Below, piece by piece: positions 24,201 through 38,564 of a DNA stretch of 64,000 nt. The position numbers were made by a program, and so were the translations under genes. The DNA is from Macrostomum lignano (lineage: Eukaryota): contig NIVC01000230.1 of assembly GCA_002269645.1 (NCBI GenBank), positions 620,001-684,000 of the forward strand, in the 5' to 3' direction. The notes under the pieces are model-generated. The model saw nothing but the letters and a program-made list of their open reading frames with translations, was not told the DNA's origin and ran no database searches. The stretch's first letter is position 1; each line of letters starts with the position of its first letter.

Positions 24201-24653
24201 CACTCGTCCTCTCATTGGCTGTGGCGTCTGCAAAAAAACGGGAAAATCCTCACACACACTCAAGCTTAGCCCAAGGAGCGGGGCGAGCCAGTAGCAGGGC
24301 TGGAGGGCCGGGCCAACCGATGCGATAATGGACACGACGAGTGGCCTATATGGAGGGTGCCAGAGGGGTGGCTGCCTGACTGTTTTTTCAGTGCGGGCTG
24401 GGGAACTTCGCTCTCCTGGAATATAATCGACCCCTTCGATTGCCCACTCACTTCGGATCCATCACCTTCTGCTCGCCAATACCACAGCTCAGCCCCATGA
24501 ATCCGGCCAAGGATATGAAAACCGTTATCTGCTGCCCTCTGAGCTGCACTTAAAAGGAGTCCCCTAGGGTTGAACTTTCTGGTCTCGGCGAGAGGTCCAC
24601 TCACATCGGCTCAGGTAAGTTGCCTTACTTTTCTTAAATCGCATTTCTAAAAG

Positions 24654-24951
<298 letters not shown>

Positions 24952-26875
24952 CCCGTGTGGCCATCTGATCAGGTTTTTCGCCCGGTAGGCGATCGGGATT
25001 TTTGCCCGGTTTGTAATACATTTTTTCCTATCTAAAAACCCGAAAATCCTCGGGAAAGTGGTCTCGAAAACGGACGAAGACGGCAGTTTCGTCTGGTTGT
25101 TCGTCAGGAATTTCGTAGAGGACATCAGGTATTTTCTCGGGTTTCTCTTCGGCTACTCAAACTGATGAGTACCCTGAATAAAACCCGACAAATGACCGGA
25201 TGAAAGTGCAATAGCAGAACCCGGGAAATAACCGGGGCAAAATCAGACTAAAACCTAACGAAAGCGACACGACGACCCAACCGGACGAATACCCGGAGCA
25301 AAATCAGACTAAAACCTAACGAAAGCGACACGACGACCCAACCGGACGAATATCCGGGGCAAAATCAGACTAAAACCTAACGAAAGCGACACGACGACCC
25401 AACCGGACGAATATCCGGAGCAAAATCAGACTAAAACCTAACGAAAGCGACACGACGACCCAACCGGACGAATATCTGGAGCAAAATCAGACTAAAACCT
25501 AACGAAAGCGACACGACGACCCAACCGGACGAATACCCGGAGCAAAATCAGACTAAAACCTAACGAAAGCGACACAACGACCCAACCGGACGAATATCCG
25601 GAGCAAAATCAGACTAAAACCTAACGAAAGCGACACGACGACCCAACCGGACGAATACCCGGAGCAAAATCAGACTAAAACCTAACGAAAGCGACACGAC
25701 GACCCAACCGGACGAATATCTGGAGCAAAATCAGACTAAAACCTAACGAAAGCGACACGACGACCCAACCGGACGAATATCCGGAGCAAAATCAGACTAA
25801 AACCTAACGAAAGCGACACGACGACCCAACCGGACGAATATCCGGAGCAAAATCAGACTAAAACCTAACGAAAGCGACACGACGACCCAACCGGACGAAT
25901 ACCCGGAGCAAAATCAGACTAAAACCTAACGAAAGCGACACGACGACCCAACCGGACGAAAAACCCTGCATCCCTATCAAATTGTGTCTACTCTCGGAAA
26001 TATGTAGTGCCGACTTAGTAAAACATCTACAGTGCGCTTCTGTCAACGGATACCGTGAAGAGTGAAGAAGTAAGAAAATTGTCAGTGTTAATACAAAATA
26101 TGTAACGTTCCATCTTGCAATTCATCAAACTGTTCCAAATCACCTACAAGATCAATATACTCCTCTGTTTTTTTATTCCAAAGATGTTGTAGAATACAGT
26201 CAGTAGGCGCATAGTCGCTAGTCATCTAGGCGCATAAATGCGGGAATTTAAAATCACTTCTGACTGGCCAAAAGTATGTTGGAATCCCACAGTAGCATGC
26301 AGCCTTCAGAAATGTGTGCGATGACAGCATTAAAATGACAATATTTTTATTCTCAGTTTACGTGAACTACGCTCGTAATGTAACATACGAAGACGCTCAT
26401 ATGGTATATATAAAGACGAGCGGAAAAAATACTGCAAGAGAACAAAACAGGAGCACATTACAGGACATACAATTACAAGAAAATCTTCATGTCAATTGTC
26501 AATTATACACTGTGTCTCCCATACCATTTTCAACCCAATCCTGAATTAAAGGCTTTCACCAGCTCTTTTCTCCGGCTCTTGTCCGGTCGAAGAACCAGAG
26601 AAAGAACCGGGCAAAATTCCAGGCGGAATTGTTATTTCATCCGCTTTTACTCCGGATTTGCCTGCGTTACTAAACTGGTTCCAAACCTGGCGAAGGACCG
26701 GGTAAAAAACCAGAGCACTCGTACGGTTTTTCCTCCGGAATTTCGCCTGGTTTAGAAAGGCAGAGAAAAACCGGATAAATTCGCCTGGTTTATGTTCTTC
26801 GCCTGGAAATGGGGCAAAAAACATAGCAAGCCAGAGCAAAACCGGGCGAAAAACCTGATCGGATGGCCACACGGG
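24952..26875. mobile_element. ~1.92-kb non-autonomous DNA transposon, probably CMC/EnSpm-like
   Basis: ~35-bp TIRs: CCCGTGTGGCCATCTGATCAGGTTTTTCGCCCGGT and ACCGGGCGAAAAACCTGATCGGATGGCCACACGGG. 2-bp AG duplication; removing the element restores a perfect GATA repeat. No transposase ORF. Confidence 0.8.
25230..25962. repeat. 61-bp tandem repeat (~12 copies) inside the transposon
   Basis: Unit AAAATCAGACTAAAACCTAACGAAAGCGACACGACGACCCAACCGGACGAATA(C/T)CCGGAGC, near-identical copies. Confidence 0.95.
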
Positions 26876-26898
26876 AGATAGATAGATAAAAAACCTTC

Positions 26899-26988
26899 TT
26901 ATGCTACCTGTACTACCAACCGGCCTACGAACCTATCTATCTATATCTATCGGTATAGTTAGGCAGGTAGGTAGTACAGGTAGCATAA
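26899..26988. repeat. Small palindromic MITE-like hairpin
   Basis: TTATGCTACCTGTACTACC and its reverse complement GGTAGTACAGGTAGCATAA flank a TATC-rich centre. Confidence 0.6.
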
Positions 26989-28819
26989 TGTTATTACCTT
27001 AGCGCTGACAGACGTCATAAAGATGGGGATACGTGAGCTTAGAAATATTTGCATAAGACAGCAGCAGGGAGTACAAGCAAAGCGGACAGGAGATAAGCAG
27101 ACTCAGGCCGGCCTGATGAGGGCTCGGATCAGCTCTCGGACAGGCTGTCGTCCGAACGAATGTTATTTTACGCTGCTCGAGCTCATCGAGTCCTCTTCTC
27201 TTTAGAACAGGCCTGGCTCTCCCATCTGCTTCCTATAGTAGAAATGCATTTCCCGATAGTGGGAGAGAATTTCGAACAAAGCCAGATCCCCAGTTAGCTA
27301 ATAGGGGATGCAGCGAACCGTCCTTGCTCAGTTTGTGTCCGAGTTTTTTTATCAACTCAGCAGGCCTTTCCCTGACTCATCGTGGCGGACAAATTTGCAA
27401 CTGTTTTTATAGTACAAATGCCATCGCTATCTCCGCGTGTCATCAGTTTGGCAGCGGGACAGGAAAAAGGGACGGATTTGAGCCGCTCCCATGCAATCCT
27501 TGCAGTTCCAGGTGAAGCATGCAGCTGGGCACAGGCAGATCTATCTGCATCTGATCTGGGGCGGCCAGGAAATCCTGAGTTAGTTTTGTTATTCTATCTG
27601 TGTGTGATTAATTCTTCGGGAAATTGTGCAGCTCGCCGTCCCGCAGACTCTCTAGCGCTGGCTGGGGGGGGGGGTCAGTCAGACTGGCTCTAACTGTGCT
27701 CTCTTTTGGCAACGAATCGCTTAGAGATGGGAGAGAGTGGTGCCGGAGCCCCCCATATAGCTCTAATCAGACACTATAAATCAAGTTGCGACTTTAATCC
27801 ACTAAAAATCTATACAACGATTTCTGCCGCTGTCTGTCTCTCCTTCTCCCAGTCTCCGGTGGGATCTGGTCACCTTTCCTGTGGTAATGGGGCATGGCAA
27901 ATGGCACTAACTAAGGATAAGGTTTTACTGCCAAAAACAGATCCCTCCCCATCCGGATGCATGAGGATGAAATGCTGAAGCCGACGGATTCTGTGCGCGC
28001 ATGGTACTGCCTTGTGTCCGGCTGCAATAACCTTTTAATTCGGTGGCAACAAACACGGACCGAGTTTTGTGGCGACGCTGTAACAAGCACGCGGGATGCT
28101 GGGACTGACCGAGGGCTCGATGTCGCTATCAGGGTGAACACAAGTTCAAGAAGAAAGTGGTTTTGCTTGCTGGCCGAGAGACAGAGCTGCTGGCCGAGGT
28201 TATAGCAGAAGCAGAAGCAAGCTGCAACGGCTTCTGCAAGCTCTTCATCATCATTAAGGGGATATCTAAAAAAATAGTCGGGATTGGGCATTGGGTCAGT
28301 CTTGCCAGTTTGTCGATCGGGTGGGAAGTAGAATCCAGAGGATATTCACTTCACTCTCTGCCCCCTAATTGAAGGATGCCAAAAAATCCCCAATAACGAT
28401 CGCATACAAAAATGTTTTCCCTCAATGTCAAGGAAATGAAAATGAATAACTGCTGCCAGCATGCGGAGCACTGTATTTTATTCATTCAATTCCATTAGTT
28501 TGATAAGCCAACGATCTGCCAAATAAGAGCCATGAGCGGTGCGCTTCCATTTGGCTGATTGCTTCTAAACTCTCTCGGATTTTATAAAGTTTTCTGCACA
28601 GCCGAGTGTATTTTCATTTCCTAGATATCTAATAAATTGTTGAACTTGCTTATTATAGTTTATTTTCAAAAACCAAGTATTTGCAGGCATTTTAGCAGTA
28701 ACAGGGCTACTTGACTACCAGTAACAGGCCCAATGCGGCACGCGAAGCCTCTCTATCCAGTCCTCGGGTTCTTTGAAATTTCGCTATAGCAATCGGCTCG
28801 CTCAAGGTTTGTGTCTCTT

Positions 28820-29230
28820 CTAAGTTCTCTCTTCTCCTCTCTTTTCTCCTCTCATCCCCTCTCCTCTCTCATCTCATCTCCTTTCCTCTAATCTCCTCTT
28901 CTTTCTACTCTCATTTCCTTTCCTCTTTCCTCTCGTCTCCTCTTCTTTCTACTCTCATTTCCTTTCCTCTTTCCTCTCGTCTCCTCTTCTTTCTACTCTC
29001 ATTTCCTTTCCTCTTTCCTCTCGTCTCCTCTTCTTTCTACTCTCATTTCCTTTCCTCTTTCCTCTCGTCTCCTCTTCTTTCTACTCTCATTTCCTTTCCT
29101 CTCTCATCTCATCTCCTTTCCTCTCATCTCCTCTTCTTTCTACTCTCATTTCCTTTCCTCTTTCCTCTCATCTCTTCTCTTCTTTCCTCCTTTTCCCTCT
29201 CTCCCATTTCTCTTTTTTCCACTCTCCTCT
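28820..29230. repeat. Polypyrimidine tandem repeat (~44-bp unit)
   Basis: Repeated TTCTTTCTACTCTCATTTCCTTTCCTCTTTCCTCTCGTCTCCTC units. Confidence 0.85.
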
Positions 29231-30238
29231 GGCCCGCAACAATGGTTTATATTTCTTGTCTGGCAATAATGTGAAAGAATAATGACAAAATACTTTCTAT
29301 TTCATCATAAAAAAATAATTGAGATTTTTTTAATTGATGTGTCAAAACATTTCAACTTTCCAAGATTTTCAGTGCGGATTTTATTAACAAAAAACTTGAA
29401 AGTTGAACATTGAAAGCCGCTTCAGCTTTCGACAAGACACTTGAGTTAAAAAACTATAAGAAGATTTCAAAATGGGTTTGTCCCTGCCTGACCTGCACGA
29501 CCCCATCGCACTCCTGGCAGCAGGACACGTCAGTCTCATGCAATCCCTAACAAATTTCAATATGCCTCTCCCTCTTTGCAGCAAAATGAGGAGCTTCTAG
29601 CAGCAAGTGCAGGCAAAATGGATATCAATGCAAATGAAATGCGTTGTGCAGTGTCTCGCTCTCTCTCTTGGTATTAATGTTTGCCGTTTCAGACGTAATC
29701 CCCCCTCTGCATAGCAGAATTCCATTAATGTCAAACACTGCCTGCAGGATGCAACAGCGACAATCCGAGGAGGGTCCCGGAGGTCATCAGGACGTCCTCA
29801 TCGGGTCCCCCTCCTCCGCTACCATAGGCTGTCACCCTCGGCGGCACTCTAAATCCTAAAGGGGATTTCCCAGCGGGATATCAACAACTGGACAGGCAGG
29901 GAGGATGAAAGCGGGTCCGAGTTTCTAATCCCGGGAGCATCTGGCAGAAGCCCCTCTCTTTGACAAACGCCCGGATGAGGCCGGGGATTCTCCCGTGGGA
30001 AAGTGAAAAAAAACAATTTCGACCAAATGTTCTGGGCGAGTGTGCAGCAGAGGGGAAACGCTTTATTTTGATCTGCGAGAGGAAAGACAAACAAGATAGA
30101 TGAACGAGCAGAATATATTGTTTCGCATTGAAATTGCGAATTTCAACTGAGTCATGCGAAGGCCAGCATCTGCAACTTGTCCATGAACTGTAGCTAAAAT
30201 ATACAAGACGTTTTTCTTCGGGTCATTCAGCCCAGTCA

Positions 30239-30279
<41 letters not shown>

Positions 30280-33200
30280 TTCGATCATGTTTCTTCCTGC
30301 CAAATTTTTGCTTAAAAGGCAATAAAATTTTGCTGACATTTTTTTTCAAGGCAAAAACCTGGCTGCGCAATAAGTTCCTTTGGCAGTGCCATCAGTATGG
30401 CAAGTGAGCAGTGGGTGAGGAGTCAAGTTCCAAGTTCTGAAAACTTACAAGAGACTGTTTGAAATGACAGTGTAAGTTTGAAGTTTGGCCATAGACATGT
30501 ATCTAGACACAGAGGTTTCTATTAGCTAGAAGAAAAGTTCTTTTTAAAATCATGTTACTCACAGTTTCCATGGACTCAGATCAACCAGGGGCCGTAGCCT
30601 ATATAGTGGTCTAGCCTCGATTCAAACTGCAGCCAAATTAATTTGGTGCTAAATTGGAATCTCGGCTTGAGACTTCTCATACAATTAACGCCCTTGAAAA
30701 CCTATCCCCAAGGCACAATGAAGTGTACATCTACATGCGTACGTATCCGCGCGTTTGTGTGCCTGCTCAGGGGAGTCGGCGGAATGGGCGGTAAAATTCC
30801 TCTGGCTCCCCCACAACAGGTTAAGCACCAGTTGTTAAACACCTCCCCGACAACTACTTTGGCTTTAGTGCTGGCATCGTTTGGTGTTGGCGCCCCTCGA
30901 TTGCGCTCACAGAAACGCCCCTCAATGAAAAATCCTGACGTAACAAGTTAACGGGTAAAACGGAACCATTCACTTGACTCTTGTAAGCTTCTAGAATCTA
31001 TTAAACATGGCTCTGGACTTGCTGCTATAGGAGCAATAAACCTATCACAGAAGTCGGTCGCATTCAGACCGCGTGGCTTAGTCTGTTCAGGGATAGCGAG
31101 ATCGGCGCTGTTCCAAAGCTGCCGCGCTTATGTTAGCAATGACTAGCCACTGCTGCACAGCTTGGATCGTACCATCCATGCGGTGCGATCCCATGGGATT
31201 ATTGTGTCCACTTTGGGAGTAGCCCCACAACTTGCATGAGCGCACACCACCCCCGCTGGACTGAGCCTTTAATTAATCTTCAATTGTGCCCCTAATCAGG
31301 GCGGGATTTTATTCCTAGCGTTTGAGCTGGTTGCGAGCGCACGACAGGGGCAGACCAAACCGGGTACTCTGGGACTGGGAGAAGAGGTAGCAGGTGACAG
31401 AGCGAGTTATTTCTCTCTCTCGCTCTCTGTCTCCAAGAGCTTCTGATGCGTGCTAGCCAACAGGCTGTTTTTTCATTCCCAGACTCATAAAGCAATGTAG
31501 ATCGACATCAATTTTCAATTGTCCATTGTATATAACAAAAAACTCCACACGGGACTGGGTAATTGTAGTAGAAAACTTTCCTAGAGAGTGCCTGTCACAG
31601 AAGAGTGAAAAATCAAGCTGGGAATTGGATTTAGGGTCGAGCGGGTTGCCAACGCAGCGAAATTTGTTAATCTGAAGAGATGAAATTTGCTGCTCCCCAG
31701 AGGGCAAGCGAGACTGACAAGCTGGTGCAAGATAAAAAAACTGGAAGCCCAGAAGAGAAAAAAAATTTTTTTGACGTACAGCTTGCGACAAAAGATCCGA
31801 AACATGCCGCGCTATGCAGGCTAAAGATCAGAATTTCCATCGCAATTTTCTTTTTAAAACGCCCCGCGGGGTGGGTTGGTCGGCCAAGGGAAGCCTTGAA
31901 CTGCAGCTAAAATGGACTGCCTGACTGCCTGACTTGGGGCTGCATGGGCTTCGTCAGGTTCCTCTGGCAGCCCGACAGTTTATCGTGATACCGCGATATT
32001 CGCCAAATTAAACACTGAAAATCGCCCCAGCGTCTCCTCCACCACAATCTGATGCCGCGGGAGAGCTTTGCTGGGCCTGGCGTCAGTTACGCTCGTACAA
32101 GGACAAAAAATTCTGCCCCCCCGCCCTTCGTGGGAACTTCGCAGGGAGTCCTCGATTCTGGAAATAGTCCACCAAAGCTCTCGATTGCACTGGAACTTAT
32201 CGCTGGATTATCCGACAAAAGAAACTGAGAGTTTTTTCAACCTACTTATAGGCCCTGTGTTTTCTGTCTTTCATGCTTCGCTGATGGTGGAATTAGCCTA
32301 ATTTCCAGCGACAATTAGTCACTTCATGCAACGTCAGAAGCACTCGCTACTGCGATTCCAGAGGTAGTCTCTTGACCCCGGCTTTCTAGTGATATTTGGT
32401 TCACGATAATCGAGTCATCAGGTTTTGGTGTTTATAAGGATAGTCGTCAAAACATCTCCTAAATATATCAAAATATCTCCTATTTAGACCCCTAGAGGCT
32501 CATTTTTGACATAATCTAAGAATTTTTAGTGCTCCTGAACAACAACAACAAATTGTGCTTTCTATTCCCTCGAGCATCACCTATTTCAAAATCTAATTTG
32601 CTTATTTTACACCCTATTTATAAACTGAAAATGCCTCAGCTCCACTGAAACTTAATCCCCTTCTAATCTATGAAATGTTTCTGAGCTTTCCCATAACCTC
32701 GCACAGTCTGCAGCCTTTCAATATTCGATGCTGGGGAAAACATGCAACAGGAAGTGAATCCTAGAATCTCTTCCCCAGCAACAAGCAGAAAGAGACATCT
32801 CACAATTCTATTTACCTGTCGGTTTCAATATCTGCCCGTTGTTTTGTACCCGTTTCTGCTGCTCGATCCTTGTTATTTTACGATTCAACATAGCAATTTT
32901 CCCTCAGGAGGTGCCCACATAGGAGAAGGATATAGTCTTACCTAGCGAGTATGAGAGGACTTGAGCAGCGGGGGGATTCGAAGCAAACCGACAGATAGGT
33001 AGGAACGCAGGTAAAACACGCTAAACAAAAAAAACAAAAATTTTTTGAAAGGAAATGCCTCGCTATGGAACAAGACAGCCCATCAACGTTTACCCATCTA
33101 TCTCCCTACTCCATCGCATGGATACAGACGGGTGCAAGTGAAAATGCAGGAGGCCCTGTGAAAGCAGAATTAGAGAATCGACGAGCTCACGTGTTCTCGG

Positions 33201-33697
33201 CGAAGCCGGACTCACAAAAGGATAGAAAGGGAAGACAATAATCCAGAGCGACTGACCGAGCCAGAAGAAGGGTTTCCCGTGTCGCATACTCAGCGGGCAG
33301 TCGGGAAGGGGATGGGGAGTCGCCCTTGTATTTTGCTCTTCTCTTTTGAGTCGTCATCTTTGGTTTGCTGCATTTCCATTATGATATAATATTTCCCATT
33401 GAGTGTATAGTTCGAGCTAAATAGCCGGATAAATAAACCGTCATGGCCTAAGTTATACACGAAAAGCAGTTTAACCCACGAATTTATGGCATAGTCAGGA
33501 TAAATCACACAATCAAGTCGTCTTTAAAAGGCGACCAATATTTTTCTTGACGCTTGAGTGCCTTCTTGAGCATGGCTGATTGAAAAACTTTCCTCCCCGC
33601 AGATAATCGACAGCTTAAATCTTAACCACGTCAGTTCAAGCCATGGCTCTCGGAGCAATCTAGCGCCGCGATTGACCTTCGAATTCTTGGGACAGCG

Positions 33698-36600
33698 ATG
33701 CTTAACTCGATTAGCCTTGTCGCCCTGCTGTGGGCCATCAGCTGCGCACCCTTCATCTTGGCCGCGAGTCGCGAGGTGAACTTCGAATGCGACGAAGAGA
33801 CTGATCTGAATGCGGGAGTTGGTAACTTATGGCGAGCCTTAGGCAGCCCAAGCCGCCTCTCAGACTTCAGACTCATGCCGGAGTCGCCCTACTTCAAAGT
33901 TGACAAGGAAAGCAACGTGCGCATCAGAGGGCGAATCGACCGCGAGGATCCGGTCGCTTGTCCCGACGCAGGCGAGACTCGACCCTGCGTGATCGAACTC
34001 AACGCTTTCTCAGACAACGACCGGACTGTGGTGCGCATCACCATTAAGGATATAAACGACAATGCGCCGGTGTTCAAAGAGCCACAGAAAGAATTGATCG
34101 TCGAGGAGGGCGATACAAATTTTCAGTGCCCGCTGGATGCGGCAACCGATGCGGACATTGGTGACAATGGAATGCTCATTAAAGGTCACTACTTCCTGAT
34201 TGGCGTTGGGGGGCAATTTTCACTAAAGCAGAGACATCAGCAAGGCGCGCTGTACCTCGTGCTGGCTAAAGGAGCCCAGGCTCTGGACTATGAGACCGCA
34301 CAGCAGCACTTGCTAAACCTGACCGCTTGCGACGGTGGTTTAAATCCGAACTGTACCAGCCAGCGACTCATAGTCCGGGTACGCGATCGCAATGACAACG
34401 CGCCGATTGTAACGCCAGACGCGTGGCCGGCAGTGCCGGACACGCTGCCCGTTGGCGGTCGGGTGGGTAAAGTGACCGCCACGGACGCGGACAGTGGCGA
34501 AAATGGCCGCCTGACATACAGCATCACTGGCGATAGAAAGTCCATGGAAGCATTCGTTATTAACGAAACAACTGGCGAAGTCCGATTGCACCGCCGACTA
34601 AATGCGCGAAGCCATCTTCAGTACGTCATTCAGGTGCTAGTCTCAGATAATGGAACTCCCAGCCGCCAAACAGTGACTAGCTTCCCTCTGAGCGTCCGAG
34701 ACGCCAACGATCACGCACCGAACATTTCAATCCTTCCGATGGTCCAGCGATTGCAGCAGAAAGGTACACCTGAAGCAACCAAGAACTCTGGAATGGTTTT
34801 AGTCCGGGAGAACGCGAATACAGGCGCCTCACTAGCTTTCATTCAGGTGACCGACGAAGATCTAGAAGACAATGGTCGCACAACTTGTCAGCTTGGTGAG
34901 CCAGGAGCGGAGCTGTTTCGGCTTACGTCGTCTGGAGAGAAAGATTACATGCTTTACAGCCTGCAATCCCTGGACTACGAGGCACAGACAAGGACTAGCG
35001 TTCGAATCGATTGCCGCGATGCCGGGTCTCCGCCGCAGTCGCAAGCAAAGTCGTGCAAATCAAAGTTGAGAATGTAAATGAGTTTTCGCCGGAGTTTCAA
35101 TCTTCATATTACAACGCCACGGTTGAAGAGTCGAACGGTCAACATGATGACAACGGTGTAGGACGGCCAGTGCTCACTATTGAAGCCATTGATAGGGACC
35201 GAGACGACCCGCTGACTTTTCAAATTTTAGACGACGGAGCCACTTCCCACGGTCGCTTCTTCGAGGCCGTAGTGAGAGATACATCGAGCTTCTCAAATCT
35301 ACAGGGGGTCAGTCGTACAACAGGTGTAATCAGAGTGAAGTCGTCAATAGATCGAGACTCGCTTCGATTGCCAAACGATCGTTTGGTATTTGTCATTCAA
35401 GTTAAGGACACACCTGACTCCGAAGGTACACAGCACACCGCTAGCGCAAGCGTCACTGTTCGTGTATTAGACGTAAACGACAATGCTCCTGAAATTCTTC
35501 AGCCCCGACTGTACAAGGTACGCGAAAATGCACCGGTTGACACTCCTGTGCTCGCAGCATCAAATGGCGACAGTCGGATCCGATTCACTGATCCCGACGC
35601 TCCCGGACCAAATTCCCGAGCTGAATTTCAACTGCTAGATGTGCGAGCCAAAATTCTTGGCTTGGAAGGTGGAGACCGTTATCTGCGGCCGAGGGAGCGG
35701 CCGTTTCTTGTGACCAAAGACGGTCAGATTAGGACAACAGTCTCGTTGGATCGAGAAGTTCATTCGGCCTATCTAATATCTGTATCTGTTGCCAATACGG
35801 AGGCCCAGCCACGATTGAGCACTACGGCTGAGCTCACAGTGATTGTAGAGGACGAGAACGACAGTCCACCGGTTTGGTCATTTCCGAGGGAGTCCAACCT
35901 CTTTGTGAACATCTCCACTGCGCATCGAATCAATGATGACGTCACCTGGGTGCAGGCGACAGACTCAGACGAATCCAGCAACATCACTTACCAGCTCATT
36001 GATGCAGTTGGCGAACCGCTCACCTGGGTACCGTCGCATGCTTCGTTTTTTCTGGCCATCGACCCAAAGTCTGGCGTGATTCGCTTAGTTGCCCGACCAA
36101 CTCCTGGCCGCCACGTCGTGACAGTCCGTGCTGTGGACGCTGACCGGCCGCAGATGTTTGTAGACACCCAGCTGATCATAAACGTTCTGCGCTACGCTGG
36201 CGACGGCGGACACCTGCGCGAGGCTCAGGTTAACCTGTCAATCATTGTTGCCATGGTGGCGGCAACTTGCCTGGTCAGCCTCTGCCTGGTTTCCGCCATT
36301 GTCTGCGTCCGTCAACGGCGTCATCAGCGATCTGCAGGCGCCGCGTCTTCTGCCGGTGGCTCCTCTTGCGGCAACGGTGGCGGCCTTGGCGTCGAAAAGG
36401 CGTTATCGCCACCGACGCTGCCGCTGCCAGCATCGTGCCAATTCGGCCTCGATGACCAGCTGGACGACTGTGGTGCGCCTGAGCCGCTGTTGTTCAGCGG
36501 CGGCGGTGACATCGGAGGAGGCGGCTGCAGCAGCGGCTGCGGTACACCAACAAGGCACCACCTGCACATGACCACCTTCTGCCAGAGCGACTCACAAGTG

Positions 36601-36747
36601 CTGCCAATGATGCAGTCGCACCATCCGCTGTACTATCCGCAGCATCAGCACCTGCAGCAGCAATCCAAGCAGCCGTTCCGCTTTCCGCATCAGCAGCAGG
36701 CCATGTACCAGCAGCCAAACATGCAGCTGCTTCTGGCTGGAAATGAG
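33698..36747 (+). CDS. Protocadherin, large exon 1 (signal peptide, 7 cadherin repeats, TM, start of tail), with a 1-nt frameshift at ~35040
   Basis: Cadherin motifs DRE, DxNDNAP, AxDxD and LDYE in both ORFs (33698-35077 and 35011-36822). One inserted base between 35040 and 35041 joins them as DAGSPPQS|ASKVVQIKVENVNEFSPEF. TM IIVAMVAATCLVSLCLVSAIVCV. Donor GAG|GTGAAA at 36747/36748. Confidence 0.9.
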
Positions 36748-37795
36748 GTGAAATTTCTTCTTATTGACCAGCGACCAATCATAGAACCTTTGCCCTTCGT
36801 GTGTAGCTTTAACCAGTCTTGATAATTACAACGTTTTACCCTTACTTTTGAGCACTCAAAGCTTCTTTATAGTGACTCCATTCAATTTTGACACTCAATC
36901 ACAGGACACACCGAAACGAAGCATATCATTGTAGAGCTTAATGTTGATGTCCGGGATGTGAAACAGAGTGGACGATTGTGCAGAGAAATCGTTGCATTTA
37001 GTCGTCCTCATTGAATGCTTCACACCTGGCTTTGCTTTCTTCGCAGCAAAATCGTAGTTTCGTCAAGCAACGTCATTAGGCGTCAAAATGTGTGTTGAAT
37101 AGGGTGAAATGGTGCAGTAGGTATAGCTACTAACCCTCACAGAATGATTGACATTGAGAAGGGATGAATTGTGACTCATAGATTACTCGTAGAGAGATGA
37201 AGAATTGGTTCTAGCTTCACTCTCGTGCTCAAAATAATTAGAAGGCCAGTTTTTTTCTAGCACCTTGTCTCTTGAAATAGCTGTACGCTAGTAGATGAAG
37301 CACAAAATTGTGAGATTTAACGCTCGGGTTTCAAATAAGGATCTTCACCAACAGCATAGAACAGGCTGCCCAGTAATTGAGCAGCGTCACGCAGGGACAC
37401 CGAGTGAGTAAAAGTGAGTGCTTAAGCCTTACCGCTTGAGAAAGGATTCTAGTTAACAAAACAACCATAGAATAGAGCCGAAAGAAGAGGATCAAGTTTC
37501 TCCAGAAAATGGTTGCGATTATGGGAATTCCTTATTTAAAAGCTGGAAGTGTGTTCTGTGACCTCGCGTGAACAGTCGGAACAAAAAAAGCAGGTTGGCT
37601 CAGGTTGCCAGAGTTGTGTTGCGCAATGGAGATGACGAGTATTTGTAGTCACTTTCGTTTTATGAACTAACGATTTGAAGCAAATGTTAATTCACTTCGT
37701 GTAGTTCGTATGATGGCTGCTATAGCTAAAATGTAGCACATTTTACGAGCGTACTTGCTCACACATCTCACTGCGATGTTCTGCTTCGCTGCCAG

Positions 37796-37874
37796 GAATT
37801 CGATGGCGGTGACAGCGCGGACTCCGGTCGGGGCGGCAGCGAAGACGGAGCAGCTCTGCAGCATCAACATCAGG
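37796..37874 (+). CDS. Protocadherin exon 2 (79 nt) carrying a CM1-like motif
   Basis: Acceptor cttcgctgccAG| phase 0 and donor G|GTGAGT phase 1. Translates EFDGGDSADSGRGGSEDG..., resembling the delta-protocadherin DSG(K/R/H)GDS motif. Confidence 0.8.
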
Positions 37875-38280
37875 GTGAGTCTATGGCCCAACCTAGTCTT
37901 TGTTCAATGGGCTCTTAATCTTAGCTTTCTCTCTTGTGCGTCTACGTAGAGAGTGAGGGTTTCGGCCATGGAGGAATTTCTTAGAAACCGGCTTCGAAGT
38001 GAGGGATTTCAAATCATCGACCTAATTGATACTAATCATTTTGAGCGATACGTTGTGTATTCTACAAAAAATCCGTTTATCTTCCGTTCTACAAAGATAC
38101 TGTTTTGCATTTATCTAGATTATTTATCTATCACTCGCTTTTTAAATCCAAAACCTAATTTCATATTCTTATTTAAGTATAAATTGATGTGCTCATAATG
38201 CTACTGACCAAATCTAAATGAGTAGGACTATAGGAATTTTTTTTGCGTTGATTAACAAATTTTTGGTTAAATTTTGGCAG

Positions 38281-38564
38281 GCTCTATCCAGCTTCTATCA
38301 AATGCAGCCTCTTCGGCGGCCTCTTTGATGTCGCCGCAGTCTCAGCATCCGCATCAGCCTCAGCACGCGGCAGTATCTTTGACAGGCTGCTCGCCAACTC
38401 ACGCAACAACGGCAGCTGTCAAATCTAGAATGAATCAGCAGCCGATGCCGCTGCCAAGGATTCGGTCTCCGGGCCATTGTCTGGGCATCCCAGAGGAGGC
38501 TGAGGCTCCATCGGCTCAGCCAAGCGGATCGGCTGATCTGTACAACCGGGAGCAGCTGTGCTAG
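38281..38564 (+). CDS. Protocadherin terminal exon
   Basis: Acceptor attttggcAG|GC, phase 1 matching exon 2. Low-complexity S/P/Q tail open to the stop at 38564. Confidence 0.7.

Noticed and set aside
25230-25962. CRISPR-like appearance of the 61-bp array (and of the 31-bp array at 42073-42368)
   Set aside because: Units are contiguous and near-identical with no unique spacers, there are no cas genes, and the context is eukaryotic.
35030-35060. Programmed -1 ribosomal frameshifting in the protocadherin
   Set aside because: No X XXY YYZ slippery heptamer and no evident downstream pseudoknot.
36748-36822. ORF-track C-terminus of the protocadherin (VKFLLIDQ...FNQS)
   Set aside because: This is read-through into an intron. 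A donor at 36748 and phase-matched downstream exons with a conserved motif explain the real tail.
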